DNA from: Marsupella aquatica
Lineage: Eukaryota > Plantae > Marchantiophyta
DNA: 64,000 nucleotides
NCBI GenBank assembly: GCA_973895155.1
Contig: OZ316891.1
Span: forward strand, 18,625,048-18,689,047
Direction of reading: 5' to 3'
The first letter of the stretch is position 1. Every line of letters starts with the position of its first letter. The notes beneath the pieces are model-generated. The model saw only the letters and a list, made by a program, of their open reading frames with translations. It was not told the DNA's origin and made no database searches. Positions 23,687 through 35,432 of the stretch are shown in pieces. The position numbers were made by a program, and so were the translations under genes.

Positions 23687-25830
23687 ATGGCTTCTTCTAG
23701 CCAGGCTGGGTCACATAACACTGCATATACAACAAAGGCAGACAACCTGAGAAGTTTACCTCTTTCCCATCCACGTCGAATACAGCGTCGTGATGATAAC
23801 TTATGGGCTCGGGAACAGACAGCTTGCTCTGGTAGTGTTGATCATAGAATGTATTGCTCTTGCATGGAATGCAAAGGGATTGTTAAGACTACTCGAAAGA
23901 CCAGTCGACAACATCTTCTTAAATAAGGCCGCTACCCTGCCTGTCGAGTGTGGGTAGGAGAGGGTGAAGATTCTTTTGATGAGGAGTGGAGATCCAATTA
24001 CATCCGTAACTCTGGTCCAGAGGCACTGAGGGTAGAAATGTCTCGAGAGGCATTCCACTCAGGCCAGCCATCAAGAGATGTTGAAGAGCAGGTCAGAGTT
24101 TTACTTTAGGAGACATTGGCAAGAGCTTCTGAAGAGTCTGGCGAATATGTGGATAATGATCCTCCTTTTGATATAGATTCAATGTTTCAAAATGATGAGA
24201 ATGAGGCAGATCCACCCTCTGCTGAGACCAGGGCTGAGGACACACCTACAGCAGGGCATCCTATAAATCCTGTCCCTCTGCAAGGGTCTTTAGAAGAAGC
24301 CATGAAACCCTTATTTCCAGGCAGTAAGACAGATGTAGTTTCCTTCATGTTGTTGTTTTTAAACATTTGTCACAACAATAGGTTCTCGAACATGGGAGTG
24401 AATGCCATGCTGTCTTTGTTGACTGAGCATGGAATGCCAACAGAGTACACTCTCCCTAAAAACCTATATGCTGCAAAACAATTACTGAGAAAATTGGGTT
24501 TAGACTATGAGAGAATCCCAGTCTGTGAGAATAGATGTATGTTATTTAGAAATGAGACTGCGGAGTTGGACAATTGTTCCAAGTGTAATCAGCCAAAGAT
24601 GAAGTTAGTGGGGAATTCTTTACAGCCTGTGAAGGTCTTGAGATATTTCCCTATAATCCCTCGATTGAAGAGATTGTATGCCACTAAGGGTACATCTAAG
24701 CTAATGACTTGGCATCATGAGAACAAGAGCAAGGACAACATGGTCCGACATCCAGCAGATTCAAAGGCATGGAAACATGTGGACACAGAGATCGACCCTA
24801 CTTTTGCTGCTGAGCCAAGGAATGTGCGAATGGGATTGGCACTTGATGGGGTAAATCCATTTGGGAATAATTCTACTGCCTGGTGGTCTACATGGCCAAT
24901 CCTGCTGTTGAATTATAATATCCCTCCTTGGCTTTCTACAAATAAGTTCTTTGTCATGCTGGCTCTTCTAATTCCAGGTCCTGTGTCTGTAAGCGAGGAA
25001 CAATTTGATGTATACATGGCTCCACTTGTGGATGATCTTGAGACATTATGGTCAGAAGGAGTAGATTGTTTTGATGTTCTACCAAGGCTAGGATTGCAGC
25101 ACCAGTTCAAGCTAAGGGCTTCAGTATTGTGGACAATCAATGATTATCTTGCATATGGATTAGTCTCTGGCCAACAACATGCAGGGTACAAAGGATGTGT
25201 GGTTTGTGGGCCAAATTGTGTGGCACATGGTTCAAAACAGTTGGGCAAGTTACTGTTTGGTAGCCATCGTCGCTGGTTACCACAGAGGCACTATTTTTGC
25301 AAAGAGGAAGTGGAAAAATACTTTAATGGTGAGGTAGAGGCACGAGCTGCATTGTGTAGAGTGTCCAGCTCTTATAGAAAACGTTGGGGAGAAAAGACCG
25401 CTAAATATGTGGAGAAGAAACAAGGGAATGCGCTGGATGATGAAAACTCTCCAGTAAAGAAGAATGGAGTGAAGAAGGTTACTGGATTATACAAGCTGCC
25501 GTACTGGAGTGTAAGTATCTGGTTTCCCATACTGAATCCCTCAGTGTGTATTAATGTTAAGTAGCAAAGAGTAACATTTCTTATTCTAACTTAGTTTGTA
25601 CTGAACTGTGCGTCCAATGCAGAAACTTCTCATCAACCATTGTTTGGATCCCATGCACTGTGAGAAGAATCTTGCACACAACATTGTGCACACTATTTTG
25701 GGGACAAAGGATACTCCTTCTGTTTGAGAAGACATGAAAGTCATGGACATGCGGGAACACCTGTGGCTAGTTCCAAATCCAGATCCAAAAAAAGATTCAA
25801 AGATCATGCTGCCAGCCCCATACTGCCTTA
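23687..25830 (+). pseudogene. tnpD: CACTA A TnpD-type transposase, 5' half (Transposase_21 region)
   Basis: MYCSCMEC, YFPIIPRLKRLY, RHPADSKAWKHVD, EPRNVRMGLALDGVNPF, intron 25511-25622, DPMHCEKN; several premature stops; truncated by element B. Confidence 0.92.
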
Positions 25831-26580
25831 CACTAGTAGAAAACAATGTATTTTATGACCGAAACAATGACTATTAATCAGGTCTTTTTAACAAAACAAT
25901 GACAATTGTTCTCGTCTTTCCAGACACGTCACAACGGACATTTTGGTCACGGTCCTTTTGGACAAATGACGCTAAAAACATGTGGTCATTTCATACTATC
26001 CTAAATGACCATTTTTATGATATGGTCATAAATGTTGAACGGTCCAAAATGACGACACAAATCACCATCGACGGTCAATTGCCGTTGACCGTCGATGGTC
26101 CCCATACCCAATCACACAATGACACGTGGCAATAAAAAAACAAATAACATTGGTCATTTTGGACTTGTCCAAAATGACGTACATTATATAACAAATCAAA
26201 TAGTGACACGTGGTTCAAAGAGGATTCACCATTTGGCAATATATTTGGGTCATTTTGGACGTGTCCAAAATGACTATAGTATAAACAAGTCATATTGAGA
26301 CACGTGGTTCAATTGGGAGAAGACACGTAAAGATACACATTAGTCATTAATGACATGTCTTGAATGACATAAAGTGAGTCATAGTGGACTTGTTTATAAT
26401 GACCATGAGAAAGGTCATTGTATATGTCATTCTTTGAATCATTTAGTCTATGTCTTTAATGACCAGAGTTGAGTCATATTGGTCACAAAGATAGTTGTGA
26501 ATAATGACCATTACATCAGTCATTCTAGCCAGTCATTTAGTCATTCAAGCCAGTCATTCAGACGAAGTATTCAATGATTT
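25831..26580. repeat. Subterminal region of B, rich in dispersed AATGAC/GTCATT motifs
   Basis: Many ATGAC/GTCAT words in both orientations next to the TIR. Confidence 0.75.
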
Positions 26581-26912
26581 GGAGAAATTCAAATTTAAGT
26601 GATCATGATAGATAAAACTTGATGTCAATCAAAAATCATATATTACAAAGCCATTCAATAGAGTTGCTAAATGAAAACTTAAAGAAACATTCGATATATA
26701 TCACAAATCCAATTGATATTCATACAAGATACCTTCATAAGTCTCACGGTAAATATTGAACTCAATGCAAATTTATGAAACAAAATTACATTGACATCAA
26801 TAATATTAGATTGTCAATTGTTACAACCTGACATACCAATCACTCTGCATGTTTATAGAAAAACAGAGTTGTCATTCTATCATGTCTATTGTTTCTTGAT
26901 AGAGTGCTATTT

Positions 26913-29750
26913 CTATTGCTTCTTAAGCAATCTAGAGTTCCATAGGGCATTCATCCCTTTCACATCAGATAATTTAGACTGGTTCTCCCCTGAATTGGCA
27001 AATGGCAATGCCACATCTACAAACACTTCAATCACACGCACTCGCAAGAAAGGGCTTTCAAAATCTGCACAATGAAACTTATCTTCTCCTGGCAGCCCTG
27101 TCACCTCACCTTCTGCCACTATCATGGAATTGTCCACAACGCTCTTCATCTTCACCAAATCTCCTCTTGCAAACTGTGAACAACACATTTTGTTAAAAAT
27201 GCAATAAACAGAAATTGAAAGATAGAAGAACACTCAAATCAAACACACATTTACCTTTGCAACGGGGTTAGGAGACTGCATTGGTTTCTTCTGTGCAGGT
27301 GATGCATTTGCTGAGGATCCTTTCTTCCTTTTCTTCTTTCCCTTTCTAGTTGATGGAGTGTCATCCTGTTCACTTGGAATGGGAGTTTCTTTTGGCAACT
27401 CAGATGATTCTGGGGTTACATCTGGTGTCAACTGAGTCGACTTATCCTCTGGCAACTGAAAGACATCTGAAATGGCTTCTTTGGGCAACTTAGATGGCAA
27501 AAGGTTCACTTCCAATTCAGTTTGCTTTAGAGTACTGTTAGCTGTGTCAGTTGGTCTTCCCTGCGACACAGGAGGCTCCCCTAAAGATGCTGTCATAAAA
27601 CACACACAAAAGAAATGCATAAACAAACATGTATACACCAGCAACATATAATCACACTAAAAACATGCAAGAACATTATAAACATGCAATGACATATACA
27701 CATCACAATAATTACATTGAATGGACAGTGTATACATGATAGAGAATTTTACCTTCATTATCGCCTGAAAAAGTAAGAGATCGCTTTCTACTACCTTGTT
27801 TGGTAGTTGTAGTCAACTTACTGTGACTAGGCACAACTGTTGGAACTTGTGCATTACTGGGGTGATGTGCCATCCACGTAGTCATCATGTTTGTCAACTC
27901 CCTCACAGTGCCTTTCAACTCAGCGACATCCAATTTCACAGCCCCAATGGCAGTGATCTCTTCTTTTGAATGTGGGGTCTGTAAATGAACCACAAACCAA
28001 CACAACAGTCTCACTGTCAAACTTACAAACGACACAACACTGGCTCTGTCAAATGGAGAATGATGTACAAATCAAATTGGTATGACAATACTCACAGCTG
28101 ATCCATGTCTGTTTCCTTGCCCCAGTAAGCTAGCACTTTTACCCTCCCCACTTGCCAATGATGGGCTCACCTTTGCTCCCACAAAACTACCAGTCTGACC
28201 TTCTGCACTTGCCAATGATGGGCTCATTGTCACCTTTGGCAATGAACCCTGACTACCATGGTTTTCTTTCAGGTCAGATATACCTGGGCTTGATCCTCTC
28301 TTCTGCTTCTGTTCAAACACACAATGAATGAGAAATCACAGAGTTTGTTTTCATCAAGATTCACAAACAAGACAGAATTGATAGTGAAAATGATAGACAA
28401 TTTACCATTCTCTTTGCTGCTGCAGCATGCCCTCCCCTTCCAAAGTGAGAGGTATCTTGCACTCGTGCTCTTTTATCAGTCATCTGTTTACTCAAAGATA
28501 TCAATGCTGGACTGGTAAAATGAGATACCAAAGCTGCCCATTTCTTTGGATCAACACCAGATGGCCCAAGTTTGGTTGGATCCTCATTGCAAACTTTCTT
28601 CCAATAAACATGCATTTTATGGCGCTCTCTCTTCAATATGCCACGACAATGACTCTGGAATTTGGTGTTAATAAATTCCCCACCCACATACTCCCACTCA
28701 GCTGCCATGTTATTCCACACTGTGGTTGTATGAACTTGTGGATGATCAGTCCATTTTGGCTTTGATACATCAAAGACTCTGAGTACGTTGCCACGAAGTT
28801 CCTCCAGCCAGTATTGTTTGTTGCCATCAGAATCATCAATATCATTGTCATAAATCTGCATTTCACAGACAATGTCAGATCATAACTCTGGAATTTATGC
28901 AGAGTCCAGGTTTTATACACACAACAACAGAGAGGATCAGATTTGTCTAAATCTACAAACAAGTACAATACTCACTTTAATGTGTTTGGGCACCTCTCCG
29001 CAATCCCTTCGTTGTTTGGCAGTATTATCAAACTGCTTCTTAGCATGCCTTCGTTCCCTGCGCATCTCAGAGGCCCCTCCTGCAATGCACACACATGCAT
29101 TCAATCAAAAAATATGTACATGATTGAAAAGTTGAGCAAATGTACTTGCATATGCATGACGAGCAGATTGTGTATTACCTGAAGATCCTCTGGAATGTAG
29201 TACATCAGATTGACCTGATCTGCCTTCAGATGCTGATGGAACCACTAAACAAACACACAACACCAAAGCACTTCAATTAATTTCATTTCCAAGTAGAATA
29301 TCAACTTCCAAACACACCTGAAAAGTAGAACAGTACAATCCACTCACTTTCATATAAGAGTCCAGTGTCTGGGTCTTTCCAACATCTCACTAGCCCACCT
29401 CCACCAGGCCCAGTCTTCTTAGGACCACGATTTTGTTTCTGTACCTACATCATGGACAACGTAAGCATATCAACATATAATTTGAAAAAGGGACAAGGAT
29501 CCCTTCCTATTAGGATGATGAAGTTCAAGCATTACCTGTTGTGCACTCTCTGGTTCTGACCCTCCAATGTCAGAATCCTCAGTGTCATACTCAGAAGGAG
29601 AACCATAGCCATCATCACCAAACTCTGCCATGTTCACCTTGGTAACTTCTGATAGTCTAGAGCTCCTCCTCTTTGGCAATGTTTCAGTTGAAGTACCTTT
29701 CACCAAAGCAGGCTTTCCTCTCTCTCGTTGTACATGTGTGGTTGGGCCTC
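26913..29750 (-). CDS. TnpA-like (ORF2) multi-exon gene of CACTA B; exon boundaries only partly resolved
   Basis: Exon ORFs 29470-29796, 28361-28861 (KKWAALVSHF...DKRARVQDTSHFGRGG, Transposase_24-like), 28072-28320, 27712-28035, 27234-27647 and 26913-27173 (IVAEGEV...VALPF...ALW, Tnp1/En/Spm-like). Homologous exons in A. Confidence 0.75.
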
Positions 29751-30178
29751 TAAGGAACAAAGCAATCATCAACATACACCAATGCAGATCAAACATACAT
29801 GCAAAATGAATCTACAACACCGTAACACTAGTACTTATGTACAGGATCCATACTAGTATGAGACCAATCTGGAATATGAAAACAGAACATGAACCTGACA
29901 ACTCCATCTACTGAATCAAATTTGCAATAGACATATCAACACACACATCAGCTTGCAGTCTGGCCCCAATCCTAGATCACGCATAATTCTGACATTATGC
30001 TCTATGTTCCGATTTCGGGCCTCCTCATAAGGATTCACAGAATGTGACAACCCTTGCAATCTTCCTTTCACAGGCTGCATTCACCAACTGCACAAATGGG
30101 TAAACCATTAGTCTGATTTCATAAATAGTCCATACATGTAGTCCATCTATGGACTTCACACACCTAGCTAAAACCTAT

Positions 30179-33100
30179 TCACTGCTTAGGCCTGCCCTTT
30201 CTTGCAGATCCCTCTGCATCTCTGCCTCGTTTGGGACCAGTACTTGGTCCTGGATTTTCTCTGGACCTACAGGCCTTAGCCAATTCGATGTGTAATTTGG
30301 CATTGTTTTCCATTGTAGCATGGAAATCAACGTCTGTGTAATCACCTAACACCCTTGTGGACCTGGATTCTTTGTGGAGGATTGTTCTCCATGCTATCCC
30401 CTTCTCATTGGGGTGGAAGAAAACCTGCTCCACTTGCTTTGGGAAAACGTAATCCATTTTCTTGGACACACCCAGTTCTCTATGGAAATTCACCTGCCAA
30501 AGACCAGACTTGGTATACCTCATACTGGCAGAGGATTTAGGAGTCCATGATGGATCTGCCCATTTCCCTTTGAAAAGAATCACCTCTTTCCTCAAGCTGC
30601 CATAATTCAGTACCAAGATATCTGTCAAGGCCCCTACATACTGTACAGATTCTTCTATGGTTGCACCAGACCTGTCCACTCGCTTCTCAGTGAATGTAGA
30701 AGCCATCCCAGAATCAAAAGTGCTGAAAGCACCAGAATCACAATCACTCAAACACCCCAAGGATGGAATAGTCCTCCAATGGTGCCCATAGGCTCTACAT
30801 GCCCTATACAGTCGTGCCTTCAAACTAGGTGGTGTGGAGTATGCAGATAGTAATGACCGCTCAGACTCTTTCTCAAAATTATGGGTATTGACTAATGTTT
30901 GAAACCATTCCCTGAAAGGTGGCAATTCTTGGCAGTCTACGGGAAATTCCACTGGTTTTCTTCGATTGGCAGGCTTCCTCATCCACTCCTTCCGGAAATC
31001 CACTCTTCGTTTGGTAACAGTCTCATTGGTAGCATCATATATCCTGCATGGCAACAACAACACTGAAGACATTAGTGCACGATCCACCATGAATATACAA
31101 ACACAATGGGGAAACATAATTATGATCCATATGCCTAAGGATAGGAGAGTTTCTAGGGTTTATGTACCTATACCATGGAGCCACTGTCTCTTCATTCTCT
31201 AATATATAATGATGCATGGCCATCATTTCAGACCAATCCAAAGTTATCGCCTTTGCAGCCCCTTCCAAAACAATGCCTGCAACGCCAGCATCCTCCTCCA
31301 ACTCCCAGGTTCGTTTTCCCTCTCCCTTTGCATCAATCATGTATTCAGAAAGAAATCCCAAAGACTCATCTAATACATAGCCTTCAGCCATAGAAGCCTC
31401 TGGACGTGCCTTGTTTCGTACATAACCCTTCAATACCTTCAGGTTCCTCTCTATTGGGTACATCCATCTGCCTGTAACTGGGCCACACAAGTCTAATTCC
31501 TCCACTAGGTGAATCATTAAATGGGTCATGACATCAAAGAAGCTTGGTGGAAAATGGATTTCCAAAATGCAGAGAGTGAATGCAACATCCATCATCAAAT
31601 TCTCATACATTGAAGGGTCCCACACCTTCGTACAGATCTGGCGATAGATATTGCTCACCCCAGCTATGGCCAAGCGAACCCCTTCATCAAGTAATCCCAT
31701 TGTTGCCAGAGGGAGAATCTGTTGCATGAGTTGGTGGAAATCATGTGATTTCAACCCAGAGAGTTTCTTGGATTTTGTAACACACTTTGCCAAAGAACTT
31801 GAAAAACCAGTGGGCCCTTTCAAGGTCAATAAAACCTCCAAGAACCTTGTTCTTTCCTTCTTGCTCAGGCAATATGGGGCTGGGGGCATCAACAATTTGT
31901 CATCCTTACGCTTGGGAGCTGGATTGGGTACAAGCCATAGGTGTTGGCGCACCTGTAAGAGCTTCATGTCTTCTCTCACAGAAGGAGTGTCCTTGGTCCC
32001 AATGATAGTGTGCACAATGTTGTGTGCAAGATTCTTCTCACAGTGCATGGGATCTAGACAATGGTTAATGAGTAGTTTCTGCAGTGGACACACAATTCAG
32101 AAATTAGGGCATTGAATACAACTTTTGGCATCACTGGGCAGTAGTTTGTGCAGTGGACACAATTCAGAAATTAGTGCATTGAATACAACAATTACAAAAT
32201 CTGGGCTACAGGAAGTATATGAAGAGAATATATTTCAAAGTCATATGAAGAGATTGCAGAAATTCATTGTAGTAGTATGGAGTCTTACATTCCAATAGGG
32301 CAACTTGTACAGACCAGTAGCCCTCTTCACTCCATGCACCTTTATGGGGCATTTCTCATCCTCAACCTTGGTTCCTCCCTTCTTCAAATATTCTGTTGTC
32401 TCGTCTCCCCACTTCTTTCTATCAGAGCTTGTCATTCTACACGGTGCAGGTCGACTCTCAATTGCACCATCAAAGTATTGTGCACTATCTGGTCTACGAA
32501 AAAGATGCCTTGCTGCTAACCATCGACGGTGGCCACTGTACTCTAATTTCTGCAAGTGCTTAGAACCACGTGCCACACATTCTGGCCCACAGATGACACA
32601 TCCTTTGTATCCAGAGTGTTGTTGTCCAGATATTAAACCATATGCAGGGTAATCATTGATTGTCCACAATAGCACAGCCCTAAGGTTGAAGTGTTGAGAC
32701 AATCCTGGGCGTGGCAATTTGTCAAAGCAGGGCACTCCTTTCTTCCACAACAGCTCCAACTCCTCATAGAATGGGCCCAATATTATGTCTAGCTGTTCCT
32801 CTGTTACTGAATCAGGTCCTGGAATCAGCATAGCTAGCATGACAAAGAACTTCTTGGTGGTAAGCCAAGGAGGTAAATTGTAATTCAACAACAGTATTGG
32901 CCAGGTAGACCAAGCTGTGGAATTATTCCCAAAGGGATTCACCCCATCAAGTGCCAACCCAAATCGCACATTCCTTGGTTCAGCTGCAAATTCCCGATCA
33001 ATATTTGTATCCACATGCTTCCAAGCCTTTGAATCTGCTGCGTGCCGAACCATGTTGTCTGTGCTTCTATTCTCATGATGCCAAGTCATGAGTTTAGATG

Positions 33101-34172
33101 TACCAGCAGTGGCATACAATCTCTTCAACCTGGGAATTATAGGGAAATACCGCACTACCTTCCTTGCCTGTAATGAATTCCCCACTCTCTTCATCTTGGG
33201 CTGCTGACACACTGAACAGTTTTCTAACTTGGCATTCTCACCCCTAAAGAGCATACAACCTTTCTCACAGACAGGGATTCTCTCATAATCCAAGCCAAGC
33301 TTTCTCAATAACTGCTTTGCAGCATATAAGTTCTTGGGCAGATTATGCTCTGTAGGCATACCATGCTCCCCCATCAAAGACAACAATGCATTCACTCCTT
33401 TGTTTGAGAATCCATGGCCATGACAGATGTTCAGCAGAAGCAACATGAATGACACAACATCTATTTTGCTGCCTGGGAACAAAGGTTGCATTGCTGCATC
33501 TAAAGATAACTGTGCAGGATCAGTCTCCACAAGAGTTTTGGAGGTTTCAAGGGGGTTTACAGGATGGGCACCTCCTTCACTCTCATCATCCCCAAGTACA
33601 AAATCCAAGTCAAAACGGTCCTGATCATCTAGCTCATGCTCAGGGGATTCTTCATTGGTTCTCAGCAACGTTTCTTCCAGTAGAGCCCTGATATGTTCTT
33701 CGACATCTATAGTTGGATGTTCTTGAACATCCACAGTTGGATACTCTGGAACATCCACAGTTGGATACTCTGGAACATCTACAAATAAATGTTCTTCAAC
33801 ATCTACAGTTGGCTGTTGTGCACAGGTTGCCTGCTGAAGGTTTGCTACCCTCAATGCCTCAGGGCCATGTTGTGACGTGTAGTCAGCACCCCACTCTTCA
33901 TCAGAAGAGTCCTGTCCCTCTCCCACCCACACTCGACATGCAGGGTACCGACCATGTTTAATAAGGTGCAGTCTAGCAGTATTCCGATTAGTCCTATAAT
34001 TCCCTTTGCAGTTCACACAAGGGCAATACATCTTATGGTCCCCACTCTTGTGGCAGGCCTTCTGTTCTCGAACCCACAAAGCATCATCACGATGTTGTAC
34101 TCTAGCTGGATGGAAGAGCGGCAACTTTGGAGTTCTACCCACACCTAACATATTCTGTGGCAATTGTGCCAT
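30179..34172 (-). CDS. tnpD: CACTA B TnpD-type transposase, apparently intact; exons 34172-32289, 32078-31168, 31043-30179 (about 1219 aa)
   Basis: Transposase-associated MYCPCVNC, Transposase_21 motifs, DPMHCEKN, LSGLKSHDFH, DUF4218 (FPPSFFDVMTHL...RWMYPIER...ARPEASMAEGY) and DUF4216-like tail. Phase-compatible GT-AG introns at the same positions as in A; no stops. Confidence 0.93.
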
Positions 34173-34772
34173 GCTAGCTTGATTGAAATTGTATTCAAAC
34201 TATGATTTTCAAACTGAATCAGAGTGACATGCATACAAAATTGGGCCTACCGTCACAGTTGTACAACCGATGCCAACCACAGTCCAATTGCTCAAACCCA
34301 CAGAGCCCAGTTTCTCAAATCCACTGTAGTAGGGCACCTTCTCCTTCTTGCATACAAATAGAGCATCACATACAGTGTCATCAGAATGATACTATGAACG
34401 TAAATCTCTGTGCCTTCATCATTTCCAGTATTTGTTTGCCTATTAGGAATGTGAGTAGACAGGTCTGGAATAAGTAACGTTTGTGACACCAGTGACAAAT
34501 TTACAAGTGAAGTTTAGACATCAATATGGAGGAAAGTCACACTCAAAGCACATGCTTGAAAATCGGAATCCTACCCTGGAAAAGATAATAAAGTTGATTT
34601 CTCAAAATTAATTGCCTCAATCCGCAATGCACTGTCGTAGAGTGTGTATACATGAGGAGTTCATCAAACTGCATATAAATAGTCCACATGTTTTAGCACT
34701 CTGAAAATTGTTTAAGTCCACGTGAAACCATCAAAAAGCTCTATCTCAAGTTTGTGTTCCATCCAGCCTCAA

Positions 34773-35432
34773 TCAAATCCAAGATATGTGGCTCCTAGTA
34801 GGAGTGCCTAGTGTAGGGTCAATGTCATGGTCAGGACAGTAAAACATCCCCTTCTTGGGCTGCCCATGCGCTGAGTGATCCCAAATTGTTCGATCATGGG
34901 CAAATCCCCTCTGTTGGATAAACAGCAGGCAGTCCTTGTGCCATGCCTTAGGACACCTCATGCACTGAACCAAAAAGCCATTAGCCCCATCATTGGGCCC
35001 CTGTCCACAAGTAAGACAAATATGGAGTCCACATGATGCTGTGCCAGGAACCAAACACTGCCGACAGTAAAACCGGGCACAGAGAGAGTCTGGACATTTT
35101 CTTACCTCTTCACCAATTTTTCCAGACACATGGCACTTAAAGCAAGAATGTTCCTCATTCTTGCAATCAACACAAAGCCATTCTCCAACATGGCCATCAG
35201 CGAGGGATATAGTTGGGCATAGCCATTGTTGACCCAAAGGACAGGAAACATTCTTATGGAAATGTCGGTGGCAAGGCCCATCACAAACAATGAGATCCCC
35301 TCCCTCATCACAAATCGCACATACATGTGGACTATTCTGGTTAATCTCAATGTCTGAATATAAGGACAATTGAGGTGCTTGAGAGGATTCACCTCTGCAA
35401 CGATTCATGGCCTTCTGCTTATTGCGAGCCAT
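34773..35432 (-). CDS. EDM2-type composite PHD-finger protein of CACTA B, 219 aa, single coding exon, intact
   Basis: VCAICDEGGDLIVCDGPCHRHFH, WLCVDCKNEEHSCFKC, CARFY, CGLHICLTC, QCMRCPKAWHKDCL, IWD and FYCPDHDIDPTLGTPTRSHISW are colinear with the Arabidopsis EDM2 PHD region as recalled (VCAICDNGG...IYCQEHEIDEELLTPVRDHVKF). The ATG is preceded by a TGCAG acceptor. Confidence 0.85.
   Translation of the reverse strand: MARNKQKAMNRCRGESSQAPQLSLYSDIEINQNSPHVCAICDEGGDLIVCDGPCHRHFHKNVSCPLGQQWLCPTISLADGHVGEWLCVDCKNEEHSCFKCHVSGKIGEEVRKCPDSLCARFYCRQCLVPGTASCGLHICLTCGQGPNDGANGFLVQCMRCPKAWHKDCLLFIQQRGFAHDRTIWDHSAHGQPKKGMFYCPDHDIDPTLGTPTRSHISWI

Noticed and set aside
34773-35432. Calling this the host EDM2 gene or an NSD methyltransferase
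   Set aside because: Only the PHD cassette is present, with no SET, PWWP or EDM2 flanking domains, and it lies inside TIR-bounded DNA
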